DNA of 64,000 bases from Lama guanicoe (lineage: Eukaryota). The notes beneath the pieces were generated by a model that was given only the letters and a program-made list of their open reading frames with translations, searched no databases and was not told the DNA's origin. This document shows, piece after piece, positions 1 to 11,199 of the stretch; positions within the stretch are counted from its first letter, which is position 1; each line of letters begins with the position of its first letter. Both the position numbers and the translations under genes were made by a program. Where the stretch lies: positions 5,988,270 through 6,052,269 of the forward strand of contig MU054212.1 of assembly GCA_013239625.1 (NCBI GenBank), in the 5' to 3' direction.

Positions 1-559
1 AAAGAATAGACTCTAACATACAATAGCTTTCAGCACTGTCATTTGTGAATTCACTATTATTCGCTTAACATAAACACATAGCTTCTGCAAAGCATGACAG
101 GAGCCTGAAGAGCTAAGAGTTGTAAACCACACTGGAAAAAAGTAAAACCAGGAGAAAATCAGGGACTCAGGCAAGGAAAAAATGCATGCAATTAGATTTT
201 TAATCTAATCAGCAAGGAAACTGATAATGAAATTACAGACTAACAGATCAGACCATAAACACACACACCCAGGAAACACTATAAACTTGTTGAAAATGAA
301 TGACTTCAGAATATATTTAAGGTGAATGTGAAATGAATCTCTACCCATTTAAGGAAGGTATCATAATGAGAAAAAATAAAAGTGAGACCTATTTAAACTC
401 TATCTTTTACAATCATCCCCCAATTTCCTTGGGTTTCCACAATTAAAATACCTTTCACAAATTCAGCTTACTTATTTGGGAAAGGAAAATGACACTAAAA
501 CAAACAGAGGAGAAGGGGACACAGCAAGGAAAACGAATATCCAAGACTGCCAAAGCTAG

Positions 560-723
560 GGGCAGGGTATAGCTGAGTGGTAGAGTATGCGCTTAACATG
601 CCCGAGGTCCCTGCGTTCAATCCCCAGTACGTCCATTAAGAGAAATTTTTTAATAAATAAAATGAATAAACTGATTACCTCCCCCCAAGAAAAGCTCTAA
701 AAATAAAGAATTAAAAAATAAAG
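560..723 (+). mobile_element. tRNA-Ala-derived SINE (camelid Vic-1-like)
   Basis: A-box/B-box tRNA-like head and A-rich tail. Perfect 16-bp TSD AGACTGCCAAAGCTAG at 544-559 and 724-739. Confidence 0.9.
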
Positions 724-3700
724 AGACTGCCAAAGCTAGAGTATATTTCCAAATCAATAAACAAGGCACGTTAAAAATCCTACCATTGGTCTCGATTCAA
801 ATGAAAATAAAGTCCAATTTCTCTTCCTCCAAGTCACACTGGAAATTGCACTATAATTATAAATCATAATATCTGAGCAATTAACTTCATGATCAGGAAG
901 GCAATATATTTAGCATGATTCCAGTGAAGAATTATCATCACTAGAAAGCTTCAAATATTTTAAAATAAAACAAGATAATGTTTCAATCAAGATATCATGT
1001 TATAGTAACAAACTTCATAGAGCTGCTTCACTGTGCAGATACTATAAAAAGACTTTTCATAAGTTTTAAATTCCATTGGCTAACATACAAGGCCATATGC
1101 TTTAGTAACTTTTATTGATCTTCTTAAGTGAATTACGATGTTATCTTTCTAATAATTAAAAACACCAAGTAACAAACTTAGGATCAACCTAGAACTCAGT
1201 CACATAGTGCAGACATAAAGAAACACATGACCCTGGTTGTTTTAAATAATCTGTCCATGCTGTCCATTTCTGTTCTAGAGGAAAAAAATTCTTCACCATG
1301 ATAGTCATCTCTATCTCTAATAAAACATGATGCTATAAACAAATTAATCTAGTTTTTAAAAGGTAAAATTAGTTCTATGAAAGATCAAATGATATGGGAT
1401 AACCAATTTGGAAAAGCAGTCCTGTCCAGTGCTCAAATTTCTCTCTAACCATTTGGAGTGTTTGTTAGAAATAAAGCTCCCAGGGTCCAGAATTACCTGA
1501 GGTATGTATTAAAAATCAATCAGGATCCCTGGTGAAAAGGCCTGTATCACCCGGAGTAAGGCTTAAACACGTTCACATTTGAAAACCATTGCTTGTAGTA
1601 ATTCTCTAAACACCCTTAACATTTGTTAACAAGCAAAACAGAATCTTTCTTTCATAATTAGTTCAACTTATATTAAATACAGCCTCTTTTATACAGCTTT
1701 CTAATTTATGCACAATTCATTCACGCACAGTAGAGTATACGTTTCATCCTTAATGAACATACAACACGAAGATCTGGCGGAGCCAAAGACTTTCACTAAC
1801 TCGAGTAATAAGTCACAAAAACAAAGATGCAAGCAACAAGTTATATTTATTACAGCCCTGGAAGAAAAAAACGTTAATTACAAACTTAAGATTGAAAATC
1901 ACTGTTACGTTTTCCTAAACATTCTGCAGCGCCACACAGCCAAAAATAAAACTGACAAACATTCTTGAAGCTATCTTCCCTCTTCTGAAGAGGGTTTTTG
2001 CTGTCGCTGAATAATGCAAACTCTGCCAAGGTCTGCTACGTATGACCATGAAACAATACAAAGATGGCCCAATATACGATATACACGCTAGAGAAAAATA
2101 AAACTGGAGTGCTACCTAAAATCCTCCAGTGCGCCCAAGGCATTAAGTAAAAGTACTTAATAATAATTGGAGCAAACTCTTAATTTTCCAGAGGCACGTT
2201 AATGGCATTGTAGGTAACCTCAGAAAACCTACTCAGCCTTCAACTGCTCCGATCTTCAACTTGAATTGCAACAGTACTCATGTATTATTCTCCTTGTTGT
2301 GATCCAGACAAAAGGCAGAAACGGAAGGATCTTTTACATAGTCAATCACTGGGTCCTCTCGGAATTTTAAAAAAGAAGGCTGAGATGGAAAAGGAGAAAA
2401 AAGAAGGGTGAGAGAGCTGACAGGGGCAGGCTGCTCTCATTAGACTGGTAGGTACCCTGCAGGCCCAGCAGTGGTGACAACAGCTCTAGCCAGGAAAATC
2501 CACCCGGAGGAAGCCGTCAACACCCAAAGCCTGAGGGGCTCTCCGTTCACCAGGAACTCCCAGACGGGATCTGGGAAATCCCAGCTCCAGAAAAAAGCTC
2601 TCCGAAATGCACCTCCTCACTACAGCCTCCCCACCCACCTCCACGTTTTCACTCAGGTTAAGACAAACGTGAAAGGCAGGCTTGAAAAGGAAAAGGAGTC
2701 ACAAGGGCAGGTTGGTGGAGGGGGCACCGATGGAGGAGCCGGTCTGTCCCTGGGTGGGGGGGAGCAAAGGGGCTGCAGGGATGAACACAGCACAGGGTCA
2801 CCAAGTTCCAGGGGCTGTGAGGAGAGGGTCCAGCCCCCCTCCCCAGCAAAGCACCTTCTCCAGCCTCAGTAAGTGGTCGTCCGCTCTGGGCTTGAGAACA
2901 GGCAATGAAAGGCGTGCTCCTAGGGCCGCTTACTCCACAGTTTACAGCTCTGTGAAAAGGGAGCTTGGCTTCTTTATAACGAGCGGGAATCCTGCCCGTA
3001 ATCACTCTCACTGCTCTCTGGGGCTACGCAGAGAAGTTTCACCCCCTCCTCTGGGTATTCCTTTAAGCTGAAGAAGACAGAGTTCACAGTTCTCCCAAAT
3101 CTTCTATTTTCCAGGACAATTCAGGCACAGTGGAAGAGTCATAACTCCCAAGTGATCCGTTTCAGCTCTCTTCCAAAAATCATTGACTTCAGTTCTTCCA
3201 GCAACAATGTCTGAGACTCTGGGCAAGTGGCGCTCTGAGAGCCTTCCCTTCTCTTTCTCTACAGCCAGGCCATCCTCCCAGCAGAGGCTTGGGGCGTGGA
3301 GCTCCAGCAGCAGACGAAGCAGTGGCTTAACCTCTGGGACCTTGCTCCCGGGGCTTCTCTGCCCACAGGCCTCTATGTCCAAAGGTCCCCCAGCCCTGGG
3401 GCCTCTGACAGAGGGGCACACCCAGGCGCTCTGGTGGGGAGGGGCAGCCGGAGCAGCGACCACCAGAGCCCCAGGCCCCCCAGGCACAGCACAGGGTCCT
3501 GAGAAGCACATCCTGTGATTCACAGCCCGTCACAGGATGGGCAAGGAAGTTAACTAGTCATCCTGCATACGTGTAACGCAGTCCCAAGAGGAACATGCGT
3601 TCTGTTCCCAGCCAAATTCCAAACAGTGCTTGGATACCCACCTATACAGAGACTACAAACTCAGATCAGGAGTCTCTCATTTTAAAGTATCCATAGACAC

Positions 3701-3740
3701 GACTCTTTTAACCTTTGACCAACATTAAAAGGCAGTCATG

Positions 3741-3845
3741 TGGGGAGGGTATAGCTCCTGGGTTCAATTCTCAGTACCCCCTGTTAAACAAACAAACAAA
3801 CAAACCCAATTACGTCCCCTCATAAAAAAATTAAAAAATGTTTTT
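3741..3845 (+). mobile_element. Vic-1-like SINE with ~34-bp internal deletion
   Basis: Head GGGGAGGGTATAGCTC joins directly to CTGGGTTCAA. TSD AAGGCAGT(C/A)ATG at 3729-3740 and 3846-3857. Confidence 0.85.
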
Positions 3846-4069
3846 AAGGCAGTAATGATAAACACTGCTTCAAAATAAATACGTCAATATCTCATTCTGC
3901 CACACTGTTTAAAGGACCTCAAATTTACTGACAAAACAATAAAACGGAGAATGGTATTTAGCATTTTCCCCTTCAAAATCAATTTCCCCTTCAAAAATAC
4001 CTAATTTCCCACAAGGTCACAGGATTCAGATTCACTTAGGCTGATAAGACTATAGCTGAGTTAACACTG

Positions 4070-4545
4070 ACTGTGGGAGGCAGTCTGAGAAGGTCCCCCG
4101 GCCCTTTTGTGTGCTCAGGAGTTCAAGAGCCTTTCCGGCCCTTTTGTGTGCTCAGGAGTTCAAGACCCTTTTCGGACAAAGAAAATATGTTAAAAATGAT
4201 GGGGCTGTGAGCTCTCCAATGGACAGGGCCCCAAGGGCAAAGAAGTGAGTGAGGCCTCCAGCCAACAACCTGCAAAGAATCACAGTCCTCAATCCAACAA
4301 TTCCAGGGAACAGAATCCTGCCCAAATCCACGTGTGTGAACTTAGAAGCAGATCCTCCCAGAGCAGAGCCTCCAACCACAGCCTTGAGCAACACTCTGCA
4401 GCCGAGTAAGAGACACTGAACCAGAGGCACCCAGCCAAACCGTGTCCAGCTGCCTGACCACAGAAACTAGGAGGCAACACCTGCTTGCTGTTTGAAGCCC
4501 CTAAATTTGGGAGTAACTTGTTACAAAGTAATAGGTGACTAGTAC
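4070..4545 (+). mobile_element. MLT1-type (ERVL-MaLR) solo LTR
   Basis: Characteristic 3' end TGTTTGAAGCCCCTAAATTTGGGAGTAACTTGTTACAAAGTAATAGGTGACTAGTAC. Confidence 0.75.
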
Positions 4546-4849
4546 GCTGACCAACCCTGGCATGTTCTCCACTGTTCCTCATCCCGTCAGCCCCTCCAGT
4601 CTCCCGAGGTGCCCAACATTCAACGTCAAGATGGCATTGATGAGTGGGCTGGTGAGAGAACCAACCGGAGCTGCCAGACCAAGAGAAGTGATTTAACCAG
4701 GAACATTCAGTTGCTCAACAATTCTTTTCTAAGCCTCTCGTATGTGCCAAGGCAGAAACCAAACCTCAGCCTAGCCTAGGAAACAGTGCGCTCTGTACTA
4801 AGCTTTGTTCACACAAACAGAGCCCCTCACTCTCAACAGCTCAGTCACC

Positions 4850-6780
4850 AGCCTTGTCAGATGTGAACACCTTCACCTTCCCTCTCCCCATGCATCTAGT
4901 TTTTGCTGTCATAAACATCTTTATCTCCTCCTCTCCCATCTCCAAAATTAATCCACCTACACCCTTGATTCCACTCCCTCCACCTGGTCCTGGTCTCCAT
5001 GACTCCCACAGTGCTGCCTTTAACCTATACACACCAGTACAGCCTAGATGTGTCTCAAATGCAAATCTCATCATGCCACCTTCCTACTTAAAATTTAAGC
5101 TTAATGGTTTGACATTGTCCTCAGGCTAAAGTCCAGGTTCTCCAACCCAGCTTAGAAGGGTCTCTATGACTGGACCTGTATTTATCTCTTGTGTTTTGGC
5201 CCACACTTCCCTCTGATTTCAATGTTTTAGCCCCCTACCTTTTTTTTTTTTTAACTTTCCATTTCTTTTTCACCTCTTAGCCTTCAAATATTCCATTCCT
5301 GCCTGAGGTATTTTTCCCCAGGCCCATCTTCTAATAACCTAACTTAAACTTCTGGCCTCAGCTTAATCTTCCTCTTCTCCCTAACGCCTAAGCTAGCTCA
5401 GTGCCCCCCACCTCCCCACCCGGGGCCCCCAGGGCAAACTGCATCCCACACTGTCTTCTACAACTTTGCTGCTCCACTGTGCGGATTTCCCACTGGCTCT
5501 GAGCTCTATGAAGACAGGGACCACGTGGATCCTGCTGAACCACAGACAAACGTGTGTGAATAAGTAAATGAACTGAGTCTTCCTAGATCACGTGATGTAA
5601 TTTGTTCCCTTTCTCAAATCTTCAAACCGTGTCCTCACTCCCTAAGCATCCACAGAAGCTCGGTCTTATCATCTTATAAAGTTCCTTCAGTCCTACTTTC
5701 CACCAAATCAGCCACTTTCACTTGACCTCCAACTGAAGGCAATCTGGCTGATGCCTCACGTTACCACATGATACCACAAAAACAGCCTTGCGGTAGTGGT
5801 CAGAAAGCTCCTACTTACCCAATCGACGATTCTCCTTCCAGACTTTACCCCACTGAACTTTATCCCACTGCAACCTTGCCCTGCTGATCACTTTTATTTA
5901 CTTATTTATTTTTGCAAAGGCCTCTCTTCACATTCATGATCTCCCTCCGTTTTCCTCTTCCTGTTTCCCCACTTGCCTACACGGCTGCACTTCATTCACA
6001 GCTACGTTCCCTTCAGCCTCCGCAAGCCCTCCTCGGGTGACCGTCTAAACTTTCCACTGTGTCAACCACACCGCCTCCCCTTTGGGGCTGGAGAGTGAAA
6101 GCGGTAACAGAGCCTCATGGGAAACTTTCCAAATCACACTTGGGTCTCCTTTGTATTCCAGTTTAACCCCCATCACTCCACGCTTGAAAGTAACTAACTT
6201 AGTGAGCCACTTCTGCTTGTGGGAGCTAGTTTTATTAACTCAGGTGAGTCATGGGAGAAATGGGTAAATTATCACTCACTCTACGCTGAGGACACCCAAA
6301 TCTCTCTCCTGTTAGTATTTCTCCTGGGCCCTCAGCCCTTATTTCCATCTGCCTACCTGCTGACAAGTTCTTCCTTGTTATCCTACAAGCAACCCAACTC
6401 AATTTCTCTAAAACCAAAATCCCCCTTCAAGGCACATGCCTTTCTATATTCCCTCCGACTTGCAGCCTGGTTGTTTAACCTAGAATGTGAGCATCATCTT
6501 AAGGCTTCTCCCTTTCCTTCAAATTCCACTATTCACATCCTCTCAACTCTGCCCTGATCCAACCATGACCTTGCTCAGGTTCTAACCTATCGTCTGAGCT
6601 ACTGAAATAACTTCCCACCTCGTCCCCCTGCCGTTGGCTCTGCCCTCTGTAACCCATACTTTGTGCTAGAAAAACTGCTCTCAGACAGAGGATTACATCA
6701 TCCCCCTTTTCAGAACTTGTGATGTTTCCTGCTACTCACAGGACAAAAATATTAGCATGCAAAGCATGATCAGTAAAGAA
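4850..6780 (+). mobile_element. Degenerate L2 remnants
   Basis: Pyrimidine-rich L2-like motifs (CTACGCTGAGGACACCCAAATCT; L2 3' end GAAGACAGGGACC...TGAATAAGTAAATGAA). Confidence 0.55.
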
Positions 6781-8699
6781 GCCCAGAAAAAAAGAAATGA
6801 CCAACACCATGAACAGAACCAAAAGTACCCCCGAAATGAGCCCTGCAGACCAGAGAACTTGGTGAGGGGAGAAAAAAAAAAAAAGGAAAAGAACCTTTGA
6901 AACACAAAGCAAACTGTAAAAGTTCAAAATGAACACGATCAGGCTCACCCAGCCACGAGGCGAAAGGGCTGTGATAAGAAAGCTGCAGAGCAGCTCGCTA
7001 CTTTCTGAGCTAACGGAGAGAAACCCAGCCAAGGGGGCTCTGAGCAAGGGCCCAAGTAAGCCACCCTCTCCCACCACACACACACACTAACACGTGCAGC
7101 CTAGGCTCTGACCACCCATCCCAGCAGGCCACCACCCCCCTCCAGACCCGAAAAGCAAAGCACATGACCAGGTAATCCCTCAAAGGGCCTATAGGAATTC
7201 ACACCAAAGTGGCCCAACGAGATTCCACCTCTGCTCAAGGAATAGAACAGCCCGTCAGCAAGTCTAGCAAAGGTCATCAGGACCACAGGTAAGTCAGGCG
7301 GACAGTGAAATCCCCACTCCCCAGAGAGCTGTGCAATCTTCCCCACAGTGATTAAAGGCACATCAACTTCTTTCTGAATCACAGACAGCTTTAGTAAAGC
7401 TGTGGGAACCAAGGCCAGTTTCCCACTGCCAGGAATCCTAGGGACCTCAAGCGTCAGAGCATCAGCTGGGCAGGGGAGACCTGGGACTTCTCCCAACCCG
7501 GCCCACTGACCACCCCACGCCCTAAGGAGAGGCCAGATGGAAACAGCCCTATTTTCAGGAACCTATCTTCGCTCATGCTGTTCCCTCTGACGCAAATCCT
7601 TTCGCTCAGTCCAGACCAGTCCTATCCACCACCTCCTCTGGAAATCCTTAAGCAGCCCTCACTCCCCACTGCCTGCTTTCCGAGGACTTGTTTCAGCCCT
7701 TCCATGGTGCTCACCGCGCTGTATGAGGGAAGGAACTGTGTCTGTCCTCCACCTTCCTCAAACATCTAGTCCATCGGAGGTGCTCTATTCGTGTTTGCTG
7801 AATGAATCTATGAGTCAGTTCTACTCCTGCGATACCACGGCATGAAAATGACTGTGTTGTACTGGAAGTTATACTGGAAAGGGTTTCACACTAAGTGGAA
7901 TTCCAGTTTCCATTTGGCCAAGGCAAGACCTTGTGGGGAAACTTAAACTCATCTTTTTGAAATCATGCACAAAGGTAGATAGAGAATGAGAAAAAAAAAT
8001 TCATGGCACCAGTCTCTATTGGATGGGCTAGGGCAATCTGTCCCTGGATTTCCAGGGTCGGGGGTGGTCTGCAGACCAGTTACCCTTGGTACTAAAGCTC
8101 ATAATATAAAGACTATCCCTGTATCTCTTGTATGAATTAGAAATTTCAAGGAAAATGCTTCAAATTATTCTTAAAGTAATGAGCTTTGAGTTTGATGAAA
8201 TTCATCACAGATTAAGACCCAAATAGTCAAAAAATTGCTGAGTCAAATGAAAAACATGGGAAACTAAACATTACACTGTCTACAACCATGTGCTCAGAAG
8301 GGAGCGAGGAACACTGGTGAAGGAGACTAAGAAGTTAACTAAAATGATACAAGCGCTGACTTGCCTGGGGAAGGCGCATGACAAATACAGGTTCCTAGAC
8401 AGAAAAAGTAGGAAAATACAATCGATGTCTACTGAACAGGTTGACGTGGAGAGGATTAACATGGGTTTCTTAACACAAGAGATAGGAAACACTTATGATC
8501 AACTTTAAAATGCTCTCTTATGCAGTATGTATTTTGGTCATAAGAAAATTCTGCCCCAAGATGTAATTCAGGTTAAAATATTAATTATTTCGAAAAGATT
8601 CTATATACATCTAGTGTAAAGTAGTTCTAAGAACCTAGCTAGTTTGGGGTATGTCCCATTAATAAGATACCCGTGATGAAAGGGGAAGTAAGCACAAGG

Positions 8700-8985
8700 C
8701 ATTCTGCAGCATACCAAAGGACCACAGCTGTCTTTCTGAAAATCAAACTGTGCAAAAGAGCATTGCACTGGGAGTCGAACTAGCCACATTTTTCATGGAA
8801 CATCATTTTTCCTTAAAGGTGTAACTGACAAACTATGGTTATTTAGACTTCTGTTTGACCTACATTTTCCTCAAAATGAGCAAAGTGAGCCTGACACGTC
8901 AAGAAAAACTGACAGCATGTGTTACCGGTGATAAAATGTGAGCTTTCAGGCAAAAACGTGAATTTTGGAAAACTGCTTCTCAGTA
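8700..8985 (+). mobile_element. Charlie1-type hAT transposase fragment
   Basis: GAACTAGCCAC...TTTCATGGAACA...ACTGACAAACTATGGTTATTTAGACTT matches recalled Charlie1 internal sequence. Confidence 0.65.
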
Positions 8986-9892
8986 ATTAAAAAATAAATA
9001 AGGAGGCTTTTTTTTTTGCTGCTACATAATACTGGTTTGAGAAATAGATTCAATTTAACAAATTGATAACACTTTTTAAGTTTTAGGTTTTCATCCTTCT
9101 TACTGGTTTTAACCAATATTTTAAAGTTATAAATTAGAAGGCCCACCAAAGGAGAGTAGTTTAAACCATGTCTACCTAATTGCCTGTAAGACAATTGCCA
9201 AAGTTTTTATATTTCAGTGATTGTTCTATGGCAAACATTAAGTATACGAATAAAAAAATGCATTAGTATTTCATATCAATTGAATTTTTAGAATCTATTG
9301 ATAATATATTAATGCAGTAACAAAAATAGATGAATGCTGAGTGAAACCTGGAATTCTGAATTCCTTTGTTTAGCTTTTTGAGTATGAAAATTTTAACATG
9401 TTACTCAAAATACCAAGAAAGTAAGAAAACTGTTTTTTTAAGTGCAAAAAAACACTTTTTCTCCAAAATCTCTCAAAAGTTAAAAATGTCTGATAAAATA
9501 ACATCCCCCCACCAAAGACATCCAACCTTAAAATAGCTACATGAGAAAGTAAAAACTGCTGTAGGATGAAGAGTTGATTGATAAGCCTTCCAAAATGGCT
9601 GAGGATGTTAAGAAAAGCCTGCTGAATATTTTGGCTAACTACTCTCAAATCCACTTAGCTATCACTACCACTTCTAGTACAGGCTTCAAGAGGTGTCTGG
9701 TTTAGCCTAAAGAAAAAAAAAAAACTGCATTAAAAGAAAATATGTTAAAATATTCGTATTTTTCTTCAAACTCTGACCTCAAACTTCTATTTGGGGATAC
9801 AACAAGGTCTCAACAATTTATGTCTTCCCAAGCATCATTCTGGGCTTATACATCTTCCTTGAGCCTGAAAACTTAATTAAGAAAAAGTCACA

Positions 9893-10048
9893 GAGAAAAA
9901 AAATGTGACAATGAGTGTATATATGTCCATGAATGACTGAAAAATTGTGCTGAACACTGGAATTTGACACAACACTGTAAAATGATTATGAATCAATAAA
10001 AAAATGTAAAAGAAAAGAAAAGAAAAGAAAAGAAAAGAAAAGAAAAGA
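9893..10048 (+). mobile_element. 5'-truncated young L1 3' end with (GAAAA)n tail
   Basis: Shares the AAATGTGACAATG...GGAATTTGACACAAC...AATAAA block with the copies at 37.5 kb and 42.2 kb. TSD AAAAAGTCACA at 9882-9892 and 10049-10059. Confidence 0.85.
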
Positions 10049-11199
10049 AAAAAGTCACATAGTAAGTTTTAAGAAATACAACAGTCTTGATGAGGTTTTG
10101 GGAGCTTTGCTTCTTCCCTTCTCCCTGCAATTCATTCCAATAACTGACTATGATGCAAGACGATGCCCTGATGATAATTTCATCTCAAAATTCTGCAGGT
10201 GCTTTCACTCTGTAAGGGGCCATACATTTTTAACTAACTCAGGGGAGAAATGGTACTGGCTCAAAAGACTACTGGTGTCTAAAAAGAAATGACAGGGGAT
10301 GCACAACGTTACTAATTAACATTAAAAACATAACAACCAGGAAGAACTCAGAAAAGTTCTGGAAATACAATGCGTTTTAATATCAATACGAAGGCCTGAT
10401 TTTTCAGTCGTAAGAATGCCACACTGGCACCTTTTCAACCTAAAGGGGCTCAGGAAGGAGAATATCTAATAAAGAGACCAACTCAAGTAGATTATACAAA
10501 AGTGTATTTTGGACCAAAAACCAAAAAATGGTAAATAGGTTAAAATTTCAAACTGCAAACTATCTCGCATAATTGTTATTTTAATCATTCTTTTTATCTC
10601 AGAAGTCCTTCAAACAGGTAGCAGAGGCTACCTACCCTTGAAAGGCAGACTCAAGCAGATTAAATAATGGGGCTTTGTTTTTACCAGACAACTCATTGCC
10701 TAAAAATTCCTGAAGTGTGGCACAAATGTTCATTGACCCCATTCTAAAAAGTGACCTAGAACACCAGAATAATACATTCTTGAGCTCAATCACATTCTCT
10801 GCTGTTGGTTTCTCCAACGTATTTTTACAACCAGTGTTACAGCTGAGGGTGTTGGAATAAAATTACGGTAAAGCACTAACATTAAGCTTAAGCACTAAGT
10901 TTAAGCTTAATATTAAATAGATAAAGTTGTCATGAATACCCAAGAAAGTGACCAGGGCATCCTGGGCCAACACACCTAATTTTGCTCTGTCCATTTAATG
11001 CAGTCTTTAACTTATTTTTAAACGTGAATTAACAAAACTCACATACCAAAGCCATGCCCCTAAGCAGTTTTTGTGACAGGTCTGAAATCACATTTCAAAT
11101 AAAACGCTTTCTGCCAGACCCGTTTATGACAGCTTCCAAATCCCAGTAAGTAACATGCTGCGTTTCCTGCACTGTGACCGTGGGAAGTGAGGGTGTGTC

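Noticed and set aside
2471..3533. Cluster of 110-140 aa ORFs in B4GALT6 intron 1
   Set aside because: Local GC-rich patch with mostly non-ATG starts, no homology recognised and no coherent splice structure.
4098..4175. 37-bp direct repeat as a CRISPR-like array
   Set aside because: Only two adjacent units with no spacer, in mammalian DNA; it is a simple tandem duplication.
7280..7295. Perfect plus-strand donor CAG|GTAAGT suggesting an antisense exon
   Set aside because: An isolated 9-mer with no supporting acceptor or promoter; it can occur by chance in a window this size.
10871..10908. 19-bp imperfect tandem repeat AAGCACTAA(CA/GT)TTAAGCTT
   Set aside because: Two units with two mismatches; an ordinary slippage product with no evidence of function.
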